Origin: Yuukianura sp. NJ FZ-2021 | Lineage: Eukaryota | Direction of reading: 5' to 3' | NCBI GenBank assembly: GCA_046563655.1 | Contig: CM102290.1 | Location: 14,942,001 to 15,006,000 of the forward strand | Length of the DNA: 64,000 nt | In this document: piece by piece, positions 1 to 13,400 of the stretch | Layout: each line of letters begins with the position of its first letter | Numbering within the stretch: the stretch's first letter is position 1 | Notes under the pieces: model-generated | Seen by the model: the letters and a program-made list of their open reading frames with translations, nothing else | Databases searched by the model: none | What the model was told of the DNA's origin: nothing | Made by a program: the position numbers and the translations under genes

Positions 1-3000
1 TACTAAAGGCTGAAAGCATTTCTGTTTTCACTTTTAGATTTTCTTTTGATGTTCTTCGTTTGTGATTCTGCGGTTTCACCTCCCTCTCCACTTTTCAAAT
101 TTTCGAAATACAAATTTTCAAAATCCTGGACATGACGCCAACCTCAAAATTTGGACAAACGAGAGAGAGAGAGAGTTTGTGATTCTGTTGTGATGGGGCC
201 ACTTATGCCCAAGTCCTTTGTCAATTCTTTGTTTACTAGCAACTAAGCCTTACAACCTAACCTAACAAGGTTCCTAGACTTAGCAGTTGTTTAGGCTGTG
301 TTTCGGAGGGAGTAACTATTACCATCTTCAAACAAACATGAAAGTCAAGGCTCCAGGTCATGCACTATTTTCAAAATTTAAAAAAAAATTGATTTTTCAT
401 AATCCAAAACACCTTTCAAACACAACTAACAAAAAACTTTAAGTTTTTTTTGTTAATTTAACTTGAAGTAATTGTAAACAGGTTAAATGTTGAATTTCGT
501 TAGTTAGGTTTCTGTTTTTAGAAAAAAAACAAAGTTCAATTTTTTTTGTTTCTGACTTCTTTTTAAAAACAAAGTATGAAATTTTGTATGAGATCACATG
601 ACTAAAAAAAAGTGAAGGAAATTTACGTGATTTTGAGACGGAAACGTACGCTTTCTCTTTCTTTTTGTTTATGTCTTGCGGGAAAAAGCCAATTTATCTT
701 GTTAACTTGGCTAAGCTCCTTTCCCTCAACAAAACAAAACAGAAACAACTTGCTTCTAAACACAATTTTACCAAAATGGATTTTTTTTTTTCAAAAACGA
801 CTAGTTTTTTGAAAACGAGTTTCAAAAAATGCTAGTCTGGTTTTAATTAGTTCCGTTTTTTAATTCAGCTAGTCTAATTTAAACTCGAACAAAACAAATG
901 AGCCGTACGTGATTTTCCAAATTCCTATTCTTTTGAAAGTTGTTAACAATCAATTCTACGAACTAAATTTTAGTTTTTCTGGAAAAGTTTTTTTTTCAAA
1001 ATTTTTGTACCAGATTGAAACAATTTTTGTCTGTGCGTGCTTCTCCAAACTGTTGTTTGACCGTCGGCTTTTGGCTTTAACTTGAAAATAACGTTTTTTA
1101 AGTTGCCAATTACGGAAGTGTTTGACCAGTTCTATTGCTCCGGGGATTTTCCAAAAAAGTACACAATGTTCCAAATTTTTTAAAAGTGGCTTTTTTTCAA
1201 ATTTGAAATTTTGACAACCGAGTTGTGAAAAAGGTTGAAGAAGACTCGTGCCAGGGCTAGAGAGGAGATGCAATTCCTTAAATCCTTTTTCCAGTCTAGG
1301 TGTTTCGTTAGGCTAAAGTTAGGCTAGGCTTTTTTCTTGTTAGGCTACAGTTAGGTTATGCTAAAGTTAGGTTATGTGTTTTCCTTTCACCTTTGACTTC
1401 CGTTCCAGTGATGGGTTCCAGGATTAGGTTAGCGGAAGTTTGTTGCTCCTCTCACGTAATCCCACCGTCCTCCACCTTCAATCCTCCAAAATTCTACATT
1501 CTCAAAAGAAACGCCAAAATTCAAATTTTGGTTTAAAAAGGCAGTAAGGCACTTCAAAATTTTTGAGGGAAAATATTTTTTTATTTCCAAGAAAACATTA
1601 TCCGTTAGTAACAAGGAAAAGCGATGCCATGAAAAATTAATAATAATAATAATAATAATAAATTAATAATATAAATTATTATAAATTTCGAAAAAGAAAA
1701 GTGCATAAACAATGCCAACACACTTTGTTCAAGTTCAACTAAAACTGTTTCCCTTCTTTCTTATTTTTTCAACATTTTGACGTCAAATAAGCATAACGTC
1801 ACATTTTGTCAAATACAAATTTTTGACAACAACTTCCATTCATTTTCAACTTTTTTTTCTCAAGAGGTCATTGACCTTCACCTGAAACTTTCAAAAGTTT
1901 GAACAAAAAATGCAATCATGACTTTCCCTCGACTTTTTGAAATTCAATTTTGATAAAACATTTGAGTAGTTCTTACCTTTGTTGTCTAATGTTTGAAAAA
2001 TGTGCTGAAAATATGAAAAGTAACAAACAAAACGACCATTTTCTATGCTCTTGTCACTTTTTCAACTTTTGAACATTTTTTTTCAAAAACTAAAAAAAAA
2101 GCAACACTCAAAACGATGAGTAGATTTTTGGAAAAACTCATTCGTCAAGATCCGATTTGCTTATTTGTTCAACAACCAAAATATGCTCCCTCAGAAGCCT
2201 CTTCCTAAATACATCTTCACATAAGTCTGCCTTCCTTCATAAAAACTTACAATTTTCAAAATTCCCAAATCAAAAAAAAAGTGAAGAGTTCAAAATTCAA
2301 AAATTCTTGTTAGTTGAGCCCATTTTTAGGCTTTGTGTTCCAAAAGTTTGAACTTAAAAAAAAGTTGCAAAAAGCTACAGATATTCGTGCTTACAAAAAA
2401 ATTTTAGTTTGTGTTTTTTTTTTAAAAAGTTCGTTGACCTCGATTAAACTTAAAGTGAAAATCAAACAGTTTGGAGTGGGTGTGAGGGCAAATGCAGGTC
2501 ATCATTAAAATTACATTATTGCAATTATGAGTTGCATGTTGAGTCGATAGCCTAACTTTTTCAATTGTTAAACTTTTCAAAAAAAAAAACAATGAAATTG
2601 GTCACTTCATGCCAAAAAAACGAAAATGTACCCTATGGTCCAAAATGAAGAGGGGCGTAAATTCTGGGTACTATAACATACATCAATGTCCGCATTTCGT
2701 GTGTCTCCTTCCGCTTCTGTGTTGAGTTTCTATTGTTCCTGTGTGGACATCCTGGACCCCCCCCCTTCATCACCCCCCCCCCTATTGAATGATGGGAGGG
2801 GGGGGGGGAGGGAGCATGACTGTTTTCATGTTTGAGGTCAGAGCGGAAGGATGTTCATTTAGGAAGTATGAAGTAGTTCCGAACACTGTGGACCGTGGAG
2901 GACGCCGTGAGTCAAATTTGACTCATCAGAGTCACAGTTGACTCTTTGTGAGTCAAAATGTGCGTCTTTGAGTCTGCAGGGGGTTATGCCTTTCAGTGTC

Positions 3001-6000
3001 ACCTTTTCTAAGCCGAAGAAAAGCTCACCTCCAAATTGTAAACCTGGAGAGGCTGGAACGACTGACTTTGTGCAGAGCCCTGGGATTTTCGACTGTCATT
3101 AGGCTAACTTTAGGCTAGAAGGAGACTAGAGTTAGGTTAACCTAACGTAGGATTTTTCTTGATAACCTAACATCCACGTCACAAAATTTCCCAATTCTGC
3201 TAACCTAACACAAAACTTAGAAAAGATACAAAAAGACTCAATTTGCTGTAGTAAACACTGGATGGTTGAGAAACCAATTTGTTCCGAACTCCTAACTTTC
3301 ACTTTTTCCAAAATTTGTTTTATTTCTAGTCGAAATTTTTGGAATTTGAGAATGTTTGGTTCAAAAAAGTGAACCGCATTCTTTGACCGAACTCTCGATA
3401 TGGTACATAAAAAACAAACCCCAGTAGAGTGATTGTGAATTTTTGAAATTTGAAAAAAAAAAGAGCGGGAGAAAGAGATGTTTGAAAGTGAAAGTTAAGC
3501 GGATGGATTATGAAATAAGTTTGCTAGACAGAGCACAAAAATCGGCTTTTTGTGGAAGGATTTGAAAGCATTGGACCAAAATGATTCCCGTATGGATTTT
3601 TACATTTTTCAAAAGTTCCCGCCAGAAAAATGTCCCGGTATAATGCTAATCCTACGTACTCCGTACTTTAGCCTAAACCTCCATACTTATCTCCACAATC
3701 GTCATGGAACGTACACATGCGTCAAACATTTCAAATCTTCAACATTTCAAATCCAAGACGAAAAAAAAGTTATGCTTTTTTGGTTTCATATTTTTCAATT
3801 CTAAAAAACGATTCTCGCCTCGTCCCATTTGTAGTAAAAACGAAAAAAAAAAGGTTTGCATTTTCCTTTTTTTTTTCGATTGTACGACACAAAAAGGCTC
3901 CGTTTCGCGTTTCCTTCTTGCTTGATTTGTGGTGTATACGTTCCTGATTGTGTGTTTTTCATCTTGTTAATTGTGTGTGTTTTTACTGTGTTTTTGAAGT
4001 GGAAATTGTGTTTTTTGAGTATTTTGAAAAGGTTTAATTTAATTTCTCCCCAAGGAAGGAGTTTTTATTTTTGTGAGTGTGGAAATGACTTTAGAGATTT
4101 TGAAAAGTGCGGAGCATTAGGAGAAAAGAGACATTAACTTTCACTTGGTGCACTTTGGTGTCTGTGTCTAGAGTGTCAGGGGACACTTTGACACAACCTT
4201 ACACGAAGATCCAGCAGTGGCTAGCCTAACGTAAACCTAACGTAAACCTAACCTATGAAATCATAAACCGCTGAGCTGCTGCTCATCTTAGAAATGGACT
4301 CACTTAAAGTGACCATTACAGCATTTTATCCCTCTAGAATCCATCTTCAAAATTGCTACTCACCAGTTTCAAAAAAGGAAAAAAAACGCACGAAAATTTC
4401 GGCTTTTGAAAAATCAGGGTAACATTTAAGTTTTTATTAAAAAGTGTGAAATCCCTTTTGTTTTGCATTAATTTTTGTAGCAAATTTGAGTCGGTACTAA
4501 AATTTCCGTACGTTTTCTTCCAGTAACTGAAGCTTTTCCAGCTTTTTTTTTACCCCGCCCCCACTTTGTGCACGACTCCACAGGTGGGCAATGGGTTTTG
4601 GGTGGGGAGAACTTTCTCAAATCTTCCACAATTCTTCTCATCTTCTTCCACAGAAGTTAGGTTAGCCTAACTTTACGTTAGGCTAAAAACCTAACGTAAA
4701 AAGATGATGGACAACCTGAGTCAAGATCTCACAATTTATTTCCGCCTTTGTCTCTCTACCTTCACTTCCTTAATGAAAACTTTCTTCAACTGAAACATTT
4801 CAAATTGGAAACAAAAACTAAAAAAACACAAGAGTTTTCAAAAAAGAATTCTTACAATTTTTTCTAAGAATCGAGGAAATGAAATTCTTTGCTGTCACAA
4901 TTACTGAGAATTCGTTTTACATCAAAATTGTCAATTTTTTTTCCTTCATTTTTAAAAAACCAAAAAAGTAGCTCATGTTTCCTTCTTTTTTTTTTAAAAA
5001 AAAGGTGACGTTGGAAAATAGGACGTTGGGTTATACTTAACCAAAGTAAGTTCAAAATTGTAAAGAAAAGTTGTTCCTGTTGGACAAGGTCTTCAGTTTC
5101 CTTGTGTGTGTTGTGGGTTCGAACGCTGGAAGGGCTAAAAAAAGTTGACGAGAAAAAAAAAAGTTGTGAAAAAGAGGATTTAAGCTTTTCGTTTCCAGGA
5201 AACTGGGGTCTAAATCCGCAATCACGTAATAGCACCGGATCACGCGGATTCATTTCCGTGCCAACTTTTGAATTTCAGTTCTTCGGGCGGGAAGCAGAGG
5301 AGGAAATTTTTGAAAAAATGAAAATGGCGCCAAGTCGAGAGTTCAAAATTTTGAAGGCGAATGTCTTGCATACTTCGGGTTTCACGATGTACGAGCCTGA
5401 ACAGAAGTTTGTGGGTTCGTTGTCGTTGAAACCTGCACAATGTAAAGCAAAGTTCAGCGATTTGACTCCATCACACGTCAGCCTATCAACTACTTCAGTA
5501 GCGGCAAACTTCAAAATTCAAAATTTCAAATTACACAAATTTCATTTTCTAAATTCAATTTTTTACAAATTAAATTAATAGTTTTTTAGAATGTATAACT
5601 TACTGTAAGTTACGTTTCTCTGCTCAATTTTTCGTAAACTTAGTTTTTTCTTCTGAAAATGTTAGTTTTAATTTAACTTTTCAAAATTTTGATTCAATTT
5701 ACATGGCAAATAGAAGGAAGTTAGAGTCACTGGACAGAATGAGGGTTTCAGCCGGTTATAACCGGCAGAAACTCAAATTCAGCCAGTGGATAGAAAAACT
5801 AGAAAAATAGAGGAAAAAACTTTCTCCTTGGACTTTTTTTTTGAAGCGAAGGAATAAGTTTATCATTTCAATCCGAAATCGGATTCAGTTCCAAGTTTTT
5901 AAATAACTTATAGCCCTTTTATGTCAAACTTATAGTATTTTGATGTAATATTTAAAAACCTATAGTATTTTTATGTCTGTATGGCCTAACTTATGGATTC

Positions 6001-6357
6001 GGCTGTTCATGATTTATGGAGGATTGGAACGGATCGTCCGAAAAGTGTTTTCTCCACTCCAACTCTTTTTTTAGTCTTTGTTGTAGATGATCAGAAAAAG
6101 TGATGCTGCGGAGGAGAGGAGCAACAGAGGGATTATCCTGGACTCCATCCGAACACTACTACCCGGGTTTTCCACTTTTCAGAAATTCGGGGGAAATGGA
6201 GGCTTTGCCCGGGAAAAGTTAAAATGGAACTCTCTCTTTATATTGAAAATAAATCTTGACTTTACTTCCTATTTTACCACTTTCTCTCCTTCAAACCTCG
6301 CTTTCACTTTTAGGGGGGAGGTGGGGGGCAGTGCATGTATCACAGATTCTAATTCAC

Positions 6358-6446
6358 CTCCCTCCTCCCCTCCTCCTCCCCTCCTCCTCCCCTCCTCCTC
6401 CACCTCCTCCTCCACCTCCTCCTCCCCCCTCCTCCTCTCTCCTCCT
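6358..6446. repeat. (CCT)n-type homopyrimidine tract
   Basis: About 90 nt that are almost entirely C/T. Confidence 0.9.
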
Positions 6447-8196
6447 GCATCTGGGGAGAGACACACGGCAGATTCTATCAAAATATGAAACGGCAATGAA
6501 AAGCTCTTGAGCTTTCCATTCTACTTTAAAACAGAAAGGAAAAAAGAAGCGCTGGCTTACTACAGCAAAATTTAAAAAAAAAATGTTTCCGTTTTGAAAA
6601 AAAACGACGCTTTTAAAAAAAGTGGGGCGTTTTGCAACAAGTCAACTCCAGGCGCTGTAAATATCATCGCATTTTGTGCCGGTTTTATTTTGAAAATGAA
6701 AAATGGTGTTAAGAAACCAAAACAAAAAATTTTGAGGGAGAGTTGGAAAAAAGAACAAAAATTTTACGATTTTCTTTCTCTGAAGCAAGTGATTTTTGAG
6801 TAAATAAACACGAAAAAGTAACTTGGTAAACCCCAGCACAGGGAGCCAAAATTTTATGTTCCGGAACAAAAAAAAATGAAAATTTTGAACAAAAAGGAAA
6901 CTTTTTATGCAAAAAGACGCTAAAAAATGAGAGTTGTAAAAAGTTGGAAAGTGTCGCTAAAATGATTCTGGTTGCACTCAATTATTTTTTTGCAGAGTTC
7001 CGCGTGTGCTATTGTTAACTTTTTGAATGAACTGCTCATGTGCAGGTCATTGGAAGTTGCAAAATAATTGGACACGTAGTTGTATAAACAACGTTTTCAA
7101 AAAAAAAAACAGCACTTTTCAAAAAAAGTAAATGAGGAACTTTTTAAATTTCGTGTCAAAACCGGAAGTCCTTTTGTTCTGTCCTTCCGGAAGCAAACAA
7201 TCACTCCTCTTCTCTTTTCATAATATGGTTACAGCTTATAGTGGTTACCGTAACCATGAGCAACCATGAGGTAACCATCACCGTAACCATTTGGATACAA
7301 GCTAATGGTTACGCTTTGAACCAGGTAAGCGTACCAATTTTTTTTTTCAATCATTAGCATATTCTTGGAAACAAATTTAGGAAGAGCTCTTCAAGTTTTT
7401 CTAAATTTTGCCGCCCTTTGACACGATTTCGTTCTTCTTTTGTGTCAAATTAGTTTTTGAGAGGACACAATTATTCAAAATGCCTTTGGATTTTCAAAAA
7501 ATTTAAATTTTCCCGCTCCTGCTTTCGTTCAAATCAATTTCTAACTTTGTTTCCTATTATTATCCTCCACTCTACAAAGTCAATCCAATTTAATCATTTT
7601 TCGAAAAAATGTTCAAAATTAAAAAAAAATCAACTGCAAATCGTAAAAGCCCTTTTCATTTTGTCCAATTTTTAAATTTGAACAAAATTAAAAAAAAATT
7701 GTTCACTTTTTAGCAAAATTTGTAAGTTTTGGTGACATTTAGCTTAACTCTTGGCCTAAAAACTATGTTTAGCCAAACTTAAAAACTTTTTTTTTCTACG
7801 CTGTTCTAAATTCAAAATTTGGAGAAAGTCTAAGAAAAGTGGAGAAGGTGGAATCCTATTTATTTGGCTAAACTAATTTCTTTCCTTATTTCTGAGCTGC
7901 TCTTCGTTTCCGTAGGAAGACATTAAGGCTCCACAGCAAGAGAGACCAGGAATGACGAAATCCAATTTTGAACCTCGAAACTTTTGAATTAGACTCTTGA
8001 AGCGAAGCGGAGTTGAAAAAAAAGTTGAAAAGCGCTTGGTTCATGTTCGGCGCTTCGTCGCTCCAGCGTCTCCAGTTGTCACATAAGTAGATTGAGCCTT
8101 CCTCTTCCTACTTACGCTGATCAACTTTTCATTCCAGCCTCTTCTCCCTGTCTCAAGCAACACTTCAACTCACACAAATTAACATCATCTAACGTT

Positions 8197-8307
8197 AACC
8201 TTACATTAACCTTACATTACTTACATCAATCTTACATCAATTACATAAACCTTACATTAGTTACATTGATCTTACATCAATTACATAAACCTTACATTAC
8301 TTACATT
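8197..8307. repeat. Degenerate TTACAT minisatellite
   Basis: About 11 TTACAT cores. Related degenerate patches occur on the opposite strand near 22500-22578 and 27700-27785. Confidence 0.8.
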
Positions 8308-9947
8308 TTGAACTGACGCTGAAACTGGAACGCTGAAAATTTTGACACTAACCTTCCCAAAAATGGAAAAAAAAGTCCTCATGTTCAATTTTCTGGCAGT
8401 GACGACTAACTGTGTGGCTTTCTATAAATAAATTTTCTTTTCAATTTGAATTTTGATTTTGTTTTAAATTTTGAAACTTTGAACCAAAATGTACATGTTT
8501 GAGACTTTTTTGTGAAAAGTTAGTTTTCGTGTCAACATGGCCTTCCCATGGGAGATTCGGGCCAGCCGAAGAAGACAAATAATTCACCGGACTCACTTTA
8601 GATTTGTAAGTGTCTGCCAGGATTTCCTAAGGTTTTGGTTAGGTTAACGTTAGGCTAAGGTTAGGCTAAGGTTAGGCTAACGTTAGGCTAAGACTAGGTT
8701 GGTGTGGTAAGATGGGAGCATTAGACGGATTTTCTCCACCAAAACCCCTCATGGCACTTTCCCAATTTGTGTTTTCTTCCTTGCCGAGAAAACAATTTTT
8801 TTTGAAAAAAAAGAACTAAAAGAACGGGTAACAAGCGGAGAAGGATGTTCCGCACCGGGAGTTTTGTTTGATTTAAAATGGTCAACTGTCTGAGTGTTTT
8901 TTTTTTCTTTTTCATTTTTTTTTTCGAAAACTGATTTTTTTTGGTCAAGTTGTGAGCAGTGGTGCTTGGATCGATTTCTGGATTTTGATTTTTTCTTTTC
9001 TTTTCTCCATGGAGCTCAAGTGCTCTCCACTTTCTCTTTTCCCTAACAACTTTCTCTCCACGAAAAAAAAAATTCAATGCGTGATGCACAATCCAAATTC
9101 TAAGCTTAAATAACCACAAACTAAAAAAAAATACGTTTTTCAAAAAGTTTTTAATCATACAAAAAACTTAGACAAAAAGAGTACAGATTTGAAGTTACTT
9201 ACAATAAAAATAAAATATAGAAATCTTAAAATTTAAAAAGTAAAAATACCCGCCAAAATAATGGTTTGTTTTTCCTAAAATTCGTAGAAAAATATGATTT
9301 TGAACGTTTTCGCTCTTTGTTTTCGTTTTTCGAAGATTTTAGTACTTTTTTTTGGTTTTGTGTGGGTTAAAACCCGTATTAACCCGTGGGTTAATGGAGT
9401 GTCAGTTTTAAGGTTTCCCTGGCCTAATTTTGTTCCTGGCTGGACCAATTCCATTAATCAACAAAGCAAAACCTTGTTCAAATGAAATTTGTCTTTTTGT
9501 TCAAACAGAAGTGCTTTGTTGGGATTTGAACAAGATCCGAATGGAAGGTAAATTGTACAGTGTGGTTCATCCTAAACCCCGTTCTGAAATTCCTTTGTTT
9601 GTGGTTGGCTTAAGGGGAAGTTATTAGGTTAAGACTATGTTTAACTTTGGTTTTGTACTGGAGGACTCACTTCGAAGGCTATTGGAAGTGAACCTAATCA
9701 TAACCCGTACTTCTAATTAATTTCCCACTAAGTGGATTGGAAGTGCCCTTCCTAACTTGGGAGTCACTCAGGTTGATTAGGTGATGATTCTGGTGGAGCT
9801 TCTTCCACCAAGGGGGTGGGGAGGGGTGGGGAACCACCGGGGGTAGAAACAAGTGAAGTGAAGTAGATGAGTTGAGGGTGGGTTTGGGGTATATAGTGAG
9901 CTTTTACATCAGTGTATAGTAGGGGGTGGGAAATGGTCCATTGGGTG

Positions 9948-10139
9948 CAGTGTTGGTGGATATCCACTTTTTGAGCATTTCGTCCAGGATATATCCACTG
10001 GATAAATGGATAAATCCGGATGAAATCCAGTTTCAGATGGACGAAATGGAGTTTCGTCCGGCAGAAACCAAGAAAATGTGGATATACCCACCACTTTTGA
10101 GGGAAGTAGAAGAAATATTTTATCCATCCACCAACACTG
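9948..10139. mobile_element. hAT-like MITE (CAGTG ends), copy 1
   Basis: TIR CAGTGTTGGTGGAT / ATCCACCAACACTG, flanks ATTGGGTG / ATTGGGCG (7/8 TSD), and internal GGATA/TATCC motifs. Confidence 0.9.
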
Positions 10140-10209
10140 ATTGGGCGTAAGATAGATGTGTTTTATGTATAAACTCTGGTGGGTGGAGAGGGGTGTGGAG
10201 GGGGTGGGT

Positions 10210-10398
10210 CAAGGTTCCCTGACAACGAAAAGTTAATTTTGTTTAACTTTTCGGGGAAGAGGTTAAGTACTACCTCACTTGTTGACAAAAAAAAATGAAA
10301 AAACCAAAATTGGTACCAATCCGAAAGCAATATTGGTACCAATTTTTGTTTTGTTTTGTTTTTTTTTTTCATTTTTTAGTCAACAAGTGTCAACCTCG
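10210..10398. mobile_element. Rearranged copy of the CAAGGTT MITE, subfamily A, with an internal fold-back
   Basis: The first ~110 nt match the subfamily A left end, followed by an inverted copy of 10276-10320. The right boundary is uncertain. Confidence 0.75.
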
Positions 10399-10405
10399 GT
10401 GTGTT

Positions 10406-13400
10406 TTACTCTCCTGCTTCGTATGCTGACTTCCAAATGTCCACTAGACATACGGATGAGTGGAACCTGTAGAATAGCGTGAGTGGGAGAGTCATGTGAC
10501 TGAGGAGAGTCCAGAGGATGGATCCGTAGAAGGCTATTTGTTCGTGTTGTGCATAGGCTGACTTGATTTCGAATGTTTCGATGACCCACATCGCGAGGTT
10601 GCAGACGATGAGGAAGGTCACGAGTTCCCGCCCGGGTTTTTTCTGTCGGAGGGATTCCGTGTTTGAACAGCGTCGGAGCCCATCAATGATGCAAGGAGTT
10701 TGCAGGATCACTTGAATCACCTGTCAAACCACACACACAAAGACAGTCGCAACACCGTGCAAACAAATTTTTAAACATGGTTGGACAGATTCCAGGACAT
10801 TCCTGAACGGAAACCCAGGTACGGAAAGGGCAAAGTTTATGACTGGAAAATTTCGCCTAGAAACTTAAAGGATTCGGTCTGGAAGGAACGCTTATGGATA
10901 TGCTTTATCAGTGTTGCTGGATATCCACTTTTTTAGCATTCGGCCGGGTGATATCCACTGGATAAATGGATAAATCTGCATAAAATCCTGTTTCCCATGG
11001 ACGAAATTGAGTTTCATCCGGAAGAAACCAATAAAATCCGGATATATCCACCACTTTCCGTCCCGAAACTTTATCGGTCTATGAATTTCCGTGTATGAGC
11101 GTCCGGTCACTGTACCTTAGCACGGTACTTGAAGCAGAGAAAAGCGTTATTAAAAATTTAGGAACCTTTGTGTACTCGTATACTTTTTTTTTAAACTTCT
11201 GGTAAAGTTTAGAACTAACATCAGTTGGGCATGGGTTTAGGTTGCACGGTTTCATTCTACGCAAACAAATTTTATCAAACACAAATTTTTGAAACACATT
11301 ATCAAAGTTGATCTTTGAAAATTATTTTAAACAGTTGAACTTAAAATGAAAAATTTTCTGAACATTTTGTTCAAATGAAAAACGAAAAGAAAGAAAAACT
11401 GAGAGAATTCTCATTTAGAATTCAATCAAAATTCGATTTGGAATTTAGTTCTGCACGAAGACGCTTCTCCACCCATGCGCTTTAACGTAAAAAAAAACAT
11501 TCTAACCACAATTTTCAAAATATATTTTTTGAAAACACACTTTTTCTGTATTTTTAAAAACAAACCCCGTCCATATTTCATTTTCTGCCAAATAAGTCTT
11601 TTAATATTTGAATTTCGCGACAAAAAAAAACTGAGAAGGAGAAAGCGCGGGAAAATTTATTTTTGTTTGAACCTGTCCAGGAGGGAGGAAAGGAGCTTTG
11701 TGCGTTTTCCCTTTGTGAAGATCCTGCCTACTCGCTTGTTCAAAAACTGCCGCTTTCTAAAAACACCTTTTTTGAAAAACTGTTTTTTGAAAAAGTAAGC
11801 CTTTGAACAACACTTCTCCTTCCGTCGTAGACTTAATTTCCTTGTGTACCTCAACACAGTTTCCTCCCTTTGTTTCCCGGGAGAACAAAGGGGATTTCCT
11901 CAATGGGAAATGAGCCTGGATCGCTGTTACATGATTGATCGATTTCCTCCGACTGGAGTAAACTCAAGATTTCCTCCCATTTCCTTTTCAAAACACTTTC
12001 TACATTTCCAAAATTCTGTTTTTGAGGAAACGAGAAGTCGGTTAGAGAGATGCGGAGGGAAAGTCAGTTGTGGCGGAAGGAAACCAAAAATTAATTCCAA
12101 GCGGTAATTGGGCCCACAAAATTTGTAATTAAAAGCTCGCGCTCGTGCACTTTCTTAAGGAAAAACACTTTGGAGAGAAGAGGGAAACGACGACTGTGGG
12201 AATCGAACTGGCGGCTTTCTCACTTGGAGAAACCAACAAGAGGAAAGGAGGCAAGGTTCCTTGACAACCAAAAATGAATTTTCTTTAACAGGTTGAGTAC
12301 TACTTCGCTTGTTGACAAAAAAACGAAAAAAAGAAGAAGCAAAATTGGTACCAATTCGTATGTAAAATTTAAAAAAATTCGGCCGTATTATTATGACTAC
12401 GGTACCATGAAATGAAAAACACACTTTTTTTTTGCAGAATCGAAAAAAACATTAGGTATTACTCAACCTGTTAAAGCAAATCAAAGTCAGTAAACCTTGA
12501 ACGGAGGAAAACTGCTACAAAATAATTTCCGTGAAAGTCACGGCTGTGGAAAGAGTGGCGAGAGGGAAGAAGAGTAAATTGAAAAAGTAAAAATTCAAAT
12601 TTCCCACTAAATTTTTTTTTTGAATTTGTTACCTGGAGAGAGCAGACGACAATGGCGTAGTAGTCTTGATGAGCCATTGCTGGAACTACCATGAAGATTG
12701 TGTATAAAAAGAAAGAGGGAAGACAGAAAAAGAGTAAGAGATCGTCCAGAAGTGACACAGGATGCATGTTCACATCTAGTTTTGTGATTTGGCGATACGC
12801 CACGAGTACCGTAATGATCATCAGGATGAGTAGAGTGCCCTGGGAGGTCATGTTGACCCATTGAGCGGCAAAACCGGACCGAGACTCGTCCAGGGCAATG
12901 TAAAAGATGATGACGGAAACTACCGTACCGACGAGGACCAACAAACCGGCAAAGAGCCCTTTGTTGGCTGAGTGGCAGTCGGCGTGTATGATGAGATTGT
13001 TTGTGAAGCTGGTGGGTGGGAAGGGGTGGGTTTCGTGCGGATCGGAGTTGCGATGTTGCCGGAATCTGCGACGCCGCCGACTTTCGTCTCCTTTCCCGAT
13101 ATTTTGCCACATTATGAACAAAACTCCAACTAAAAAAGGAAAAAAAAATATAGAGCCTGATAGCCCAATTGGTAGAGAGATCTACCCGGAGTGAGAGATG
13201 TGGGTTCGAGTCCCACTGGGTTCTTTCTTTTTTCAACTGTAATTCTTTGTCTCTCAACTCATGTGAGCTCCTACACCTCACAGTAGGAGTACGACGGAGC
13301 TTTACGGTAATGAATATTTAAATAGAGTTTTGGCGCCACTTATTTTGTGGGCGGAGTCAACACTATTTAGCCTAAGTTGTCAATTTCCGAAACAAATTTA

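Noticed and set aside
5102..5578. 158-aa + strand ORF
   Set aside because: Non-ATG start, K/F-rich composition typical of AT-rich noncoding DNA, and no recognisable motif.
6087..6510. Overlapping poly-Ser, poly-Pro and poly-Glu ORFs
   Set aside because: The frames are open because of the (CCT)n tract and no domain is recognisable. Retained only as a possible small exon in the low-confidence finding.
8628..8700. Interstitial telomere
   Set aside because: The units are 11-bp degenerate quasi-palindromes, not perfect (TTAGG)n arrays.
9480..9712. Spliced reading VMIRFTSNSLR...RTGFRMNHTV resembling the end of a CUB domain
   Set aside because: It needs weak splice sites, and I could not find the rest of the domain.
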